64,000 bases of DNA from Thermoplasmata archaeon (GTDB taxonomy: Archaea > Thermoplasmatota > Thermoplasmata > Lutacidiplasmatales > UBA184), in assembly GCA_021801925.1 (NCBI GenBank), contig JAKABH010000001.1:7964-71963 (forward strand), given 5' to 3'. Positions within the stretch are counted from its first letter, which is position 1. Every line of letters starts with the position of its first letter. Below are positions 55,538-64,000 of the stretch, in pieces. A model generated the notes under the pieces. The model ran no database searches, had not been told where the DNA came from, and worked only from the letters and a program-made list of their open reading frames with translations. Both the position numbers and the translations under genes were made by a program.

Positions 55538-56750
55538 GCGGCAGCCGCGCCAGCAGCTCCCGCACCCCCGCGACCAGCGCGTCGGCGTCCTCGGGCCGGT
55601 TGTAGAGGTAGAACGACGCGCGGACGTTCCCCGCGAGGCCCCGCTCGGCGTACCAGGAATGGACGCAGTGCCGCCCCGACCGGACCATCACCCCCGACGC
55701 CTCGTCGAGGAAGAGCGCCGCGTCGTGCGGATCGATCCCCTGGAGCGTGAACGCGACGAGCGTCGGCCGGGCCGCGGGGTCGGCCGGACCCAGGAGCTGG
55801 ACCCGCGGCTCGTCGGCGAACGCCCGCGAGACGCGCTCGTTGAGCGCCCGCTCGTGGGCGGCCATCTCCGCCGGGTCGAGACGCGCGAGGTAGTCGAGGG
55901 CCGCACCGGCGCCGACGATCCCCGCGTAGTTCTGCAGGCCCGCCTCGAAACGGTGGGGCGGGGGGCGGAGCTCGTGGTCGGCGAGCGTGCTCCAGGCGAC
56001 CGTCTCGCCGCCGACCAACAGCGGCCTCAGCTCGCCGAGGCGGCCGGGGGCCGCCGCGAGGACCCCGGTGCCGGTCGGCCCCAGCATCTTGTGCCCCGAG
56101 ACGGCGTAGTAGTCGACCCCCAACCGGTCGACCGCGACGGGGGCGTGGGGCGCGGCCTGGCAGCCGTCCAACAGGACCCGGGCCCCCCGGTCGTGCGCCC
56201 GCTCGACGATCTCCGCGACCGGCAGCGTCCGCCCGTCGAGGTTGGAGGTGTGGAAGAGGCTGACGAGCCGGACGCCCCGGGCGAGCCGCTCGTCCAGGGC
56301 GTCGCCGTCGAACCCGCCTCCGTCGTCGAGCGGCAGGATCTCGAGGCGGATCCCCCGCTCGGCGGCGAGGCGCTGCCAGACGATCAGGTTCGAGTTGTGC
56401 TCCCGGTCCGAGACGAGGACCCGGTCCCCCCGCCGCCAGGCGAGCCCCTGACCGACCAGGTTGATCGCCTCGGTCGAGTTCCGGACGAAGACGATCCGCT
56501 CGGCCTCCCGGACCCCCAGCCGGCCGGCGAAGGCGGTGCGGGTCGCTTCGTAGCGGCGCCCGACCTCCTCCGCGAACCGGTGGAGGCTGCGCCCGGCGCA
56601 GCCGGGGAAGTCGCGATAGTACGACGCCATCGCGTCCACGACCGCCTGCGGGACGAGCGACATGCACGCCGAATCGAGATAGACCGGGGCGAAACCGTCG
56701 TCCCGGCGCCGCAGCGCCGGAAAGTCGGCGCGGCAATCGGCGAGGCTCAC
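55383..56750 (-). CDS. Cysteine desulfurase (SufS/class V aminotransferase)
   Basis: RADFPAL, YLDSAC, FVRNSTEAIN, EHNSN, SGHKMLGPTG, FEAG, VRSGRHC, RASFYLYN. Confidence 0.92.
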   Translation of the reverse strand: MSLADCRADFPALRRRDDGFAPVYLDSACMSLVPQAVVDAMASYYRDFPGCAGRSLHRFAEEVGRRYEATRTAFAGRLGVREAERIVFVRNSTEAINLVGQGLAWRRGDRVLVSDREHNSNLIVWQRLAAERGIRLEILPLDDGGGFDGDALDERLARGVRLVSLFHTSNLDGRTLPVAEIVERAHDRGARVLLDGCQAAPHAPVAVDRLGVDYYAVSGHKMLGPTGTGVLAAAPGRLGELRPLLVGGETVAWSTLADHELRPPPHRFEAGLQNYAGIVGAGAALDYLARLDPAEMAAHERALNERVSRAFADEPRVQLLGPADPAARPTLVAFTLQGIDPHDAALFLDEASGVMVRSGRHCVHSWYAERGLAGNVRASFYLYNRPEDADALVAGVRELLARLPPTGTSAGTGSRRRPAAPARRRGAGSRGAAARSARPRRRAARGRAGSGGGSR

Positions 56751-57943
56751 GGAGCCCCCCGCTGGAGCCCCTCCGCCGCGGCCGCGAGCGTCGCGGCGCC
56801 GACCACGAGCGCCCGCTCGTCCGGGGCGAACGTGGCCGAGTGGAGGCTCGCCCCGTCCCCGGGTTTCCCGACGCCCAACCGGAGGAACGTCCCCGGCACG
56901 TGCTCGAGGTATCGGGCGAAATCCTCGGCGCCCATCATCGGCTGGGCGATCGCCTGGACCCGCGCCCGCCCGAACTCGCGCTCGAGCGCGGCGACGACCG
57001 TGCGCGTCGCCCCCGGCTCGTTGACGACCGCGGGGTAGCCGTGGACGTAGTCGATCCGCACCGTCGCCCCCAGGCTCGCCGCGAGCATCCGGACGCGGCG
57101 CCGCAACGCCGACTCCATCAGCGCCCGCGTCGGGGCGGAGAGCGTCCGCACGGTCCCCTCCAGCACCACCTCGTCCGGCAGGATGTTGTTCCGCGTTCCC
57201 CCGTGGATCTGCCCCACGCTGACGACCGCCGGATCGAGGGGGTCGCGGACCCGGCTGACGAGCGCCTGCAGTCCGACCACGATCTCGCTCGCCACGACGA
57301 TCGCATCCGGTCCCTGCTGCGGGGTCGCCGCGTGCCCGCCCCGGCCCCGCACGCGGATGCGGAAACGATCGGCGGCCGCCATCATCGGGCCGGCCCTCCA
57401 ACCGACCGTCCCGAGCGGTACCCCCGGGAAGACATGCTGCCCGACCACGAAATCGACCGTCGGGTCGCGGAGGCATCCCTGCTCGATCAGCGGCCCGGCC
57501 CCGCCGACCTCCCCGTCCTCCTCCGCCGGCTGGAAGATCAGTTTCACCGGGCCGCCGAGCGGGCGCGGAGGGCGCAGGAGGATCGCCGCGGCGCCGAGGA
57601 GGCTCGCGAGGTGGACATCGTGGCCGCAGGCGTGCATCCGGCCGGGCGTCTTTGAGGCGAACGGGAGCCCGGTCCGCTCGGTGACGGGGAGGGCGTCCAT
57701 GTCGGCGCGGAGGGCGACGACCGGACCGGGGCGGTCGGCCCCGATCAGCCCGACGACCCCGTATCCCCGTTCGAAGGTGCGGTACGGGATCCCGAGGCTC
57801 TGGAGCGCGGCGACGATCTTCTCGCGGGTCCGCCCCTCCTCGTTCGACAGCTCCGGGTCGGCGTGGAAGGCGGTCCGCCACGCCCGCATCGCGGGGAGCG
57901 CCCGTCGCGCGAGCGGGCTCCACGGCTCCCACGACGGGGCCAT
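56747..57943 (-). CDS. M20D amidohydrolase (hippurate hydrolase-like)
   Basis: FHADPELS, ALRADMDALP, MHACGHDVH, FQPAEE, GGHAATP, MGAEDF, LHSATF. Confidence 0.94.
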   Translation of the reverse strand: MAPSWEPWSPLARRALPAMRAWRTAFHADPELSNEEGRTREKIVAALQSLGIPYRTFERGYGVVGLIGADRPGPVVALRADMDALPVTERTGLPFASKTPGRMHACGHDVHLASLLGAAAILLRPPRPLGGPVKLIFQPAEEDGEVGGAGPLIEQGCLRDPTVDFVVGQHVFPGVPLGTVGWRAGPMMAAADRFRIRVRGRGGHAATPQQGPDAIVVASEIVVGLQALVSRVRDPLDPAVVSVGQIHGGTRNNILPDEVVLEGTVRTLSAPTRALMESALRRRVRMLAASLGATVRIDYVHGYPAVVNEPGATRTVVAALEREFGRARVQAIAQPMMGAEDFARYLEHVPGTFLRLGVGKPGDGASLHSATFAPDERALVVGAATLAAAAEGLQRGAP

Positions 57944-57954
57944 CGGCGGGCGAA

Positions 57955-58746
57955 CTACGGTTTCGATATAACGCGCGTCGCGCCGCCGCGGGGCCGCGTC
58001 CGTCGCCGCGCCCCGCTCCGGAGGACCGCGCGGGCGACCCCGGCGAGCGGGCGGTACGAGCCGATCTCGTCGACGGCGGGACGTGCCGGGCGCGGGGCCC
58101 CGAACCGGTTGAACCAGACCGGTCGGATCCCGGCCGATCTCGCGCCGAGGACGTCGTTCGCCCAGGAGTCGCCGACCATCACCGCGTCCCTGGCCCGGAC
58201 CCGGGCGGCGCGCAGCGCCGTCTCGAAGATCGACCGGTCCGGCTTCTCGGCCCCGACCGCCTCGGAGACGACGAGCGGGTCGATCTCGCCCCGGATCCCG
58301 AGGAACCGGAGTTTGCGCTCCTGCTCCGCGACCTGGTTGTTCGTGATGACGCCGACCGGGTGGCTCCGGGCGAGCCAGCGCACCAGCGGCACCGCCCCTG
58401 GCACCGGGCGTCGGCGACGGAGGTAGGCGCGGCGGTAGGCGCGCGAGAGGCGCCAGCCTTCCTCTTCGGTCGCGGTCCAGCCGGCCCGTTCCGCCAGCCG
58501 GCGGAACCGCTCGGCGCGGGCGGCGTCGTACGCCTCCCGAGGGGCGCCGACGTACCCGAGGGTCTGGTCGGTGCGATGCAGCTCGGCCTGGTACTCCCGC
58601 CAGAGCCGGTCGAGCGGGAGCCGGCGGAACCCCGGCTCGTCCCGCCGGAGCTCGCCGAGCGCCGCGCGGCACGTGAGGGCGTGATCGAACAGCGTGTCGT
58701 CCAGGTCGAAGAACACGGTGGTCGGCTTCGGCGCCCGGCCGGTCAC
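57955..58746 (-). CDS. HAD-superfamily hydrolase (YjjG-like)
   Basis: FFDLDDTLFD, VITNN, EKPDRSIF, MVGDSWANDVLGA..AGI. Confidence 0.92.
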   Translation of the reverse strand: MTGRAPKPTTVFFDLDDTLFDHALTCRAALGELRRDEPGFRRLPLDRLWREYQAELHRTDQTLGYVGAPREAYDAARAERFRRLAERAGWTATEEEGWRLSRAYRRAYLRRRRPVPGAVPLVRWLARSHPVGVITNNQVAEQERKLRFLGIRGEIDPLVVSEAVGAEKPDRSIFETALRAARVRARDAVMVGDSWANDVLGARSAGIRPVWFNRFGAPRPARPAVDEIGSYRPLAGVARAVLRSGARRRTRPRGGATRVISKP

Positions 58747-58879
58747 AGACCCTCACCAGCCCCCCCCGCACTAAACGCCGTCGTCCCGGCGCGTGCAGGG
58801 GTCGGCCGTCCCCGGTTTCGGGAGGGCCGGTCGGACCGGGTCGGTCGGTGGATCGGGGGGGGTTCTGTCCCGGGCTCAC

Positions 58880-59640
58880 CCCCGCGGCAGAGCGACACGG
58901 GCCAGACCCTGACCGTGGACGGAGGCGGTCGCCGGCCCTACCGGTCGGGAGGGCCTGGAAGCACGAAGAACGGGACGGGCGCGGGGGAGCCTCCGACCCC
59001 ATCGGAGTCGTTGGTCCGTGGGGGTTTGCCGACGGCCCCCTCGGTCGGGGCCCTGTCGGGAGCCCCCCTAGGAGGCGGGAGATGGCTCCGTCTAGCGTCG
59101 GGGAGGGAGACCGGAAGTGGTACGAGGACGGCCGTCCCCCTCAACGACCGCCCGTGCCCCGAGCGAGGTCTCCCCGCCGGCTCCGAAGCCGCCGTGGGAT
59201 CCCACCATCTGCCGCCAGGGAACCGGCTCGAAGTTCGGGGTCGGAAGGCCGGTCGGGAGCCGGCACGTCGGCCAGGAGATCCCGAATCCCCCGGCATCGG
59301 TCGCTCGAAGGGAGGCGGCTCGGATCCCCGACTGCCCGCCGAACCGGTTCCACTACCGTCCCCGCCCCCAGGATTGGCCTTCGCTCCGCGCGGCCGCTTC
59401 CCACTGCCCGGCCGGTTCGAGCCGGTTACGTTCGACCATACATCGGGGCCGGCCCAACCCACCTGTCCCCACGACGTCGGTCGCCGTCGCTCCCTCGGCC
59501 CGCGCAGCTACGATCTCCTCGCGCGATCCCCTTCGCTCGCCGATCGCACATCGCGGCTCCCTCACCGGGGCGGCGACCCCCGTTCTCCCCAGGTTCCCCC
59601 CGGGGGCACGGCGCGCTTACCGGCCGCGCCGCTCTCGGGG
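58880..59640 (-). ncRNA. Candidate large structured non-coding RNA (unassigned)
   Basis: About 970-bp intergenic region without a credible ORF; nested complementary segments of 7-13 bp, with G-U pairs that are only valid on the minus strand. Confidence 0.5.
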
Positions 59641-59719
59641 TCAAAACGGGTCGGGGGCGCGGGCTCGAGGAGCGGGTTTCGCGCGTGGCCCGGGGCCCCG
59701 GCGAGGCGACGCGCGGGCC

Positions 59720-62044
59720 TCAGGAGGCCGGCGGCCGACGCCGCGCGAGGAGGACGATTCCGATCGCCGTGATCGCGACCGCGACGGCGACCCCGGCCAG
59801 GAGGACTCCCGTCGACCACGGAATCCCCGAGGCGCCGGCCCCGCGGGGGGGTGGGCCCACCGCCGTGAGCGAGTACGGGGTCCCCGGGGCGCCGCCGACG
59901 GTGACCGTGCCGGCACCGAAGGTGACGGTGTAGCCGGGAGGCACGGTGAAACGGATCGAATAGGTCCCGTTGGGCAGGTCGATCGTGACCGCGTCGGTGA
60001 CGGACGTCGCGGTGCGGTTGAAGCCCGTGGTCGAGTTCGTGGCCGTGACGTTCCATCGGGAGCCGTTCGGCAGGCCGAACTCTACGAACACCACGGGGTA
60101 CGACTGCGGCTGGAAGGAGACCGGGACCGTGACGTTGGTGCCGTTGACCGGGACGGAACCCGAACTGTTCGTCACGTACCCGGTGACGGCGAGCACGACG
60201 TAGGTGTACGTGCCGTTGGGTTCCGAGAAGTTCACCGTCGGCGTCGAGGAGGTCGCGAGCGTCCCTCCGATGGCGATCCCCCATCCGGTCCCGTTCGGGA
60301 GGCCCGATTCATGGAACGTCAATCGGTAGGTCGCATTCACTCCCGCCGGAGCGCACCGGATCGACACCGTCTGGTTCGCTCCGGCGACGGAGAGGAGACC
60401 CTGCGCCGGGGTCGCGGTATACCCGTACGGGACGCCCACGCTGAACCGGTACGACCCGTTGGTGAGCGACGCGATGAGCGTGGTTCCGCTGGTCACGAGC
60501 GGGCCGATTCCCCCGCCGACCGTGACGCTCCATGCCGTACCGTTGGGGAGTCCCTGTTCGATCCAGGCGACGCCGTACTCGGGGACCGATTCGAACGTGA
60601 CATTGTAGGTGACGGGCGCCCCCGCGACGACGAAGGTCCCCGTCGGCACCGTCGCCGCCCACCCGTAGGGGGCCCCGACCGCGAAGGAGTACGATCCGTT
60701 CCGCAGCCCCACTTCGGCGGGCTGGGAGCCCGAGGGGCTCGCGGCCACCAGCAGCCCGGAGATGGTAACGTTCCACGATAGGCTGGACGGGAGGCCGGTT
60801 CCGAAGAAGCTGACCGGGTAGGTCGGGGGCCGGGGTCCCAGGAACACCGTGCACTCGAACGTCGCGTTCGCCGTGTTGGTGACGCAGAGGTCACCGGTGT
60901 TGGGGTCGTAGGCGACCCCCGACGGGTCCAGGTTGAGGACCGTCCGCACGGTGTCGTTGGCCGGGTCGATGGCCACGAGCGCGAGGGCGCCTCCCCCGAC
61001 CCAGATGAGGCCGTCGGCCCCGTCGTAGGCGATCCCCTGGAGGTCGAGGCTTCCGAGCGCGGGGTCGGAGACGGAGATGTTCGTCACGCTCGCCGTGGAC
61101 GAACCGGAGATCACCGACACGTTCTGGCCCGCCTCGTCCGAAACAAAGACGGTATCGGTCTGGTTGTCGACCGCGACCCCGTACGGGCCCGCCGGGGTGG
61201 GGTCGGTCCGCACGACTCGGTTCGTCGCCCCCGAGATCACCGATACGTTGGCGGAGCCGTGGTTCGCCACGTAGACGTCTCCGGTCGCGGCGTCGACCGC
61301 CACGCCGACGGGGTTGGAGCCGACCGGCACGGAGGCGACGACCCGGAAGGTGGAGGCGTTGATCACCGTGACATTGTTCGAGGCATTGTTCGCGACGTAG
61401 ACTTCCTGATCGACCGGGTCGTAGGCCACGCCCCGGGGCTGGGCTCCGACCGGGACCGTCGCGATCGGATGCGCCATCGTGCCGGACAGCACGCTCACGT
61501 TCCCGGATCCGGAGTTCGTGACGAAGATGGCGCCGGACCCGTTGTCGTAGGCCACCCCGAACGGATCGGTCCCGACCGGGATCGTCGCCTCGACGACCGG
61601 TACGTAGCTGAAGTTGCCGGGAACGATGTCCACCCCGGAAGGGGCCACGGCGACGTAGAAGGAGCGATCCGCGAGGTCGTACGCCAGCCAGGCCGGGGTG
61701 GACGGAAACCCTCCCGAAGAGGAGTGGGTGCCGAGCGCGAGGGTGGCCAGACGGCGACCGAACCCCGAAGAAGCGGGGGGCGAGCCCGCCGACCGACCGA
61801 CCGCGGCCCCCTCCCCCCCGGCCGCGACGGCGGCGCCCGGCGAAGGCCGCTGCAAGGAGGGGGCATGGGAAACCGAGGAACCACCCGACACGGCCACCAG
61901 CGCCGCGACGACAAGGACGGCGAGCACCCCCGCCACCCAAGGGCGGGGGCGCAGTCCGTTCCCGCTTCGCCCGCGATCTACTCCTTCGGGATGAGAACGG
62001 TCGAGCACGGCTCCCTCGAGGGAAGGGACGGCCCAATCGCGCAT
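59720..62044 (-). CDS. Secreted/surface YncE-type beta-propeller protein with Thermoplasmata-type Ig-like repeats and C-terminal membrane anchor
   Basis: Signal/TM region, repeated PVG..P.GVAYD....VYVAN..S.NV.VI, repeated F.E.GLP.GT.W....NGSY/NGTY, C-terminal TM followed by RRR. Start uncertain. Confidence 0.85.
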   Translation of the reverse strand: MRDWAVPSLEGAVLDRSHPEGVDRGRSGNGLRPRPWVAGVLAVLVVAALVAVSGGSSVSHAPSLQRPSPGAAVAAGGEGAAVGRSAGSPPASSGFGRRLATLALGTHSSSGGFPSTPAWLAYDLADRSFYVAVAPSGVDIVPGNFSYVPVVEATIPVGTDPFGVAYDNGSGAIFVTNSGSGNVSVLSGTMAHPIATVPVGAQPRGVAYDPVDQEVYVANNASNNVTVINASTFRVVASVPVGSNPVGVAVDAATGDVYVANHGSANVSVISGATNRVVRTDPTPAGPYGVAVDNQTDTVFVSDEAGQNVSVISGSSTASVTNISVSDPALGSLDLQGIAYDGADGLIWVGGGALALVAIDPANDTVRTVLNLDPSGVAYDPNTGDLCVTNTANATFECTVFLGPRPPTYPVSFFGTGLPSSLSWNVTISGLLVAASPSGSQPAEVGLRNGSYSFAVGAPYGWAATVPTGTFVVAGAPVTYNVTFESVPEYGVAWIEQGLPNGTAWSVTVGGGIGPLVTSGTTLIASLTNGSYRFSVGVPYGYTATPAQGLLSVAGANQTVSIRCAPAGVNATYRLTFHESGLPNGTGWGIAIGGTLATSSTPTVNFSEPNGTYTYVVLAVTGYVTNSSGSVPVNGTNVTVPVSFQPQSYPVVFVEFGLPNGSRWNVTATNSTTGFNRTATSVTDAVTIDLPNGTYSIRFTVPPGYTVTFGAGTVTVGGAPGTPYSLTAVGPPPRGAGASGIPWSTGVLLAGVAVAVAITAIGIVLLARRRPPAS

Positions 62045-62588
62045 CAACCTTGCCCCATGGCGCCGATCGTTAGGCTCCGGGGGTATCAACCCTTGTCCAC
62101 CACACGGCGTGGGGATTTGACCGGGACGCCCTGGGCGTTCCGGCCCTAGTATCGTCTCTGTCGCTCGAATTTTGTCTCGGCACGCCGTCAGCATTTCGTT
62201 TCCTCCCAACGCCTCCGTCCGCTTTCGCGGCCGGGAAATGGATCGACCGGGCTCGGCCCTCGGGCTGTCGGCTCCCGTAGGCTCGGCGGGCCCGCCGGTG
62301 CCTTTCTCACGCTGGCTCGGCGACGGCTTCTCGGAGGGCGGCGCGCCGCTCCTGGGCTGGCGCCAGCCGGGTCATCGGTAGCTACAATACGGAGCCGAGA
62401 TCGGGGTGCGAACCGCCACGCTGCCGCACTCGTTCGATAAGCGCCTGAACCTTGGCGATCTCGGATTCGACGTTGGAGATCTTTGCTCGTTCGGTCGGGG
62501 TCATGCTGGGCCCCTCCATGGAGAGTTGGGCGACCCGCCGGCGCCCCAAATCCACACGCTTATGTTCGGTTCTCGTTACCGCACCCCG

Positions 62589-63302
62589 ATGGAGGGTGCG
62601 CGGGAGCCCCCAAAGACCGAGGGCGTCCTGCTCCTCGATCTGCCCCCCACGAACCAGCCCGGCGCGTTCCCCCGAGAACTCCTTCCCGGCGGCGAGCGAA
62701 TCCTGTTCGAAGCCCATCCTTCCCTGCTCGGGCTCTACGCGGGCCGGATCGTCCTCATCCTTCTGCTGCTTCCGCTCTTCATCTACGTCATCGTTGGACT
62801 GCCGACCAACTTCTTCGGATACTTCGTGGTCGGCCTGCTGCTGTTCCTGTTGGTGTATCTCGTGCTGCTCCAGCGAGCCGAAGCCTTCGCCATGACGGAC
62901 TCGCGGGTCATCGCGGTGCGAGGGGTCCGGCATGGGAGATTCGTCGAGGCCCGCTACGAGGAGGTGCAGAACATGACCCTCGTGCCCGGATGGTCGGGAG
63001 GGATCCGCTTCGATGGGACCCCCCCGAACGCCCCGACCAACTTCCTGGGGGGCCGGAAATTCGCGAAGACCGTCGAGTGGCGTGCCCTCCCTCAAGCCCC
63101 GCGGGTCTACGCCTTTGTCCAGGAGGCCTTTGCCTTGCACAGCTACCAGAGTGCCCAACGCGGGCTCCGGGAGATGCTGCAGGCCAAGATGCACGAGGAT
63201 CGGATCCCGTGTGCGTACTGCCGAACGTTGGTCGATATCCGGACCGTCGACTTCGGGTCGCCGAAGTGCCCGAGTTGCGGCGCCCCGCTGGCGGGTGCGT
63301 GA
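62589..63302 (+). CDS. Membrane protein with bacterial PH domain and C-terminal Zn ribbon
   Basis: LLPGGERILFEAHPS, 2 TMs, FAMTDSRVIAVRG, CAYC...CPSCGAPL. Start at 62562 or 62589. Confidence 0.78.
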   Translation: MEGAREPPKTEGVLLLDLPPTNQPGAFPRELLPGGERILFEAHPSLLGLYAGRIVLILLLLPLFIYVIVGLPTNFFGYFVVGLLLFLLVYLVLLQRAEAFAMTDSRVIAVRGVRHGRFVEARYEEVQNMTLVPGWSGGIRFDGTPPNAPTNFLGGRKFAKTVEWRALPQAPRVYAFVQEAFALHSYQSAQRGLREMLQAKMHEDRIPCAYCRTLVDIRTVDFGSPKCPSCGAPLAGA

Positions 63303-63306
63303 GCCG

Positions 63307-64000
63307 ATGACGCCGCTCGAGGGACCCATCTCCCCTCTCGTCCGCGGCCGGCGACCCATCGCCGCAGCGGCCTGGGCGGCGGTCGTAATCGTCGCCGCCT
63401 GTCTCGGCGCCCTCGCCGTGCATCCGGCCTCCGGAGCCTCCCCGCCCTCCGGAGTGAGCACCGACTACACGTCGAATGGGGTGTCGCCGCCGGCGGTCGC
63501 CTACACCGCAACGGCGTACGATCCGGCGGATGGATACGTGGTCATGTTCGGGGGGCTGGACGTCAACTACCACCCCACTCCGTACACCTGGGTCTTTGCC
63601 CGGGGCAACTGGACGAATCTCACCGGAATCGTTGGGTCGGCGCCCCCGCCGCTGTATGGCGCCGGAGCCGCCTACGACCCGCAATTGGGGGAGGTGATCC
63701 TGTACGGAGGATGCCTCAACTCCGGGTGCACGGTCGTCTCGGATGCGACGTGGGCGTACGCCCACGACCGCTGGACGAACATCACGGCCCAGGTCGGCGC
63801 TGCTCCGGCGGCGCGCGGGCGAACGATGATGACGTACGACGGGCGGCTCGGAGAAATCCTGATGTTCGGGGGCCTCGGTTCCTCGAACGTCATACTGGAC
63901 GACACCTGGCTGTTCAACGGAACGTGGACCCCGTTCGCCAACGGGTCGTCCCCATCCCCACCCACCCTCGCGGGGGCCGGAATGGCTTACGATGCCGCCC
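63307..64000 (+). CDS. Secreted kelch-repeat protein, 3' truncated by window edge
   Basis: Manual translation MTPLEG...signal peptide...AYDPADGYVVMFGG..TWVF..GNWTN, AYDPQLGEVILYGG..TWAY..WTN, TYDGRLGEILMFGG..DTWLF.GTW. Confidence 0.82.
   Translation, partial: MTPLEGPISPLVRGRRPIAAAAWAAVVIVAACLGALAVHPASGASPPSGVSTDYTSNGVSPPAVAYTATAYDPADGYVVMFGGLDVNYHPTPYTWVFARGNWTNLTGIVGSAPPPLYGAGAAYDPQLGEVILYGGCLNSGCTVVSDATWAYAHDRWTNITAQVGAAPAARGRTMMTYDGRLGEILMFGGLGSSNVILDDTWLFNGTWTPFANGSSPSPPTLAGAGMAYDAA

Noticed and set aside
59340-59360. GTTCCACT as an ORB element / replication origin
   Set aside because: Single partial match, no AT-rich unwinding element, no cdc6/orc gene nearby
58750-59700. RNase P RNA, SRP RNA, rRNA or group II intron as the identity of the structured intergenic region
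   Set aside because: No GAGGAA-N-UCC P4 strand (ACAGAAC at 58862-58868 has no matching partner), no SRP helix-8 motif, no rRNA or domain V signature recognised by eye. An Rfam search is still needed.
58360-59933. ORFs 58360-59772, 58848-59933, 58938-59462 and 59117-60781 as real genes
   Set aside because: Low-complexity translations without the genome's C/G-ending codon pattern or any domain motif

Overview
High-GC archaeal chromosomal window, most consistent with a non-Thermoplasmatales member of Thermoplasmata. This is an inference from archaeal r-proteins L19e/L32e/S4e, Cbf5, Rpp29, topoisomerase VI, a long SecY, and YncE/kelch surface proteins. Contents: an NfeD-SPFH pair; an 11-subunit complex I-like (Nuo/Fpo ABCDHIJKLMN) operon with no EFG/FpoF input module, followed by a geranylgeranyl reductase and a polyprenyl synthase; top6B/top6A; a short CysRS-like gene; an MMPL transporter; the S10-spc ribosomal protein cluster (L3 to L15) with secY, DUF106, cmk and cbf5; a mevalonate HMG-CoA synthase/thiolase/DUF35 operon; two tRNAs; and secreted beta-propeller proteins at the right end. 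Four observations stand out. (1) A ~750-nt ORF-free region (about 58880-59640) folds into nested long-range helices whose G-U pairs point to a minus-strand RNA, a candidate undescribed large ncRNA. (2) The thiolase in the HMGCS operon has lost all three catalytic motif residues while the ORF stays intact. (3) Both tRNAs carry non-canonical T-loop (59/60) introns with imperfect bulge-helix-bulge motifs. (4) NuoI carries four [4Fe-4S] motifs. All calls come from reading the sequence by eye; no searches or folding programs were run.
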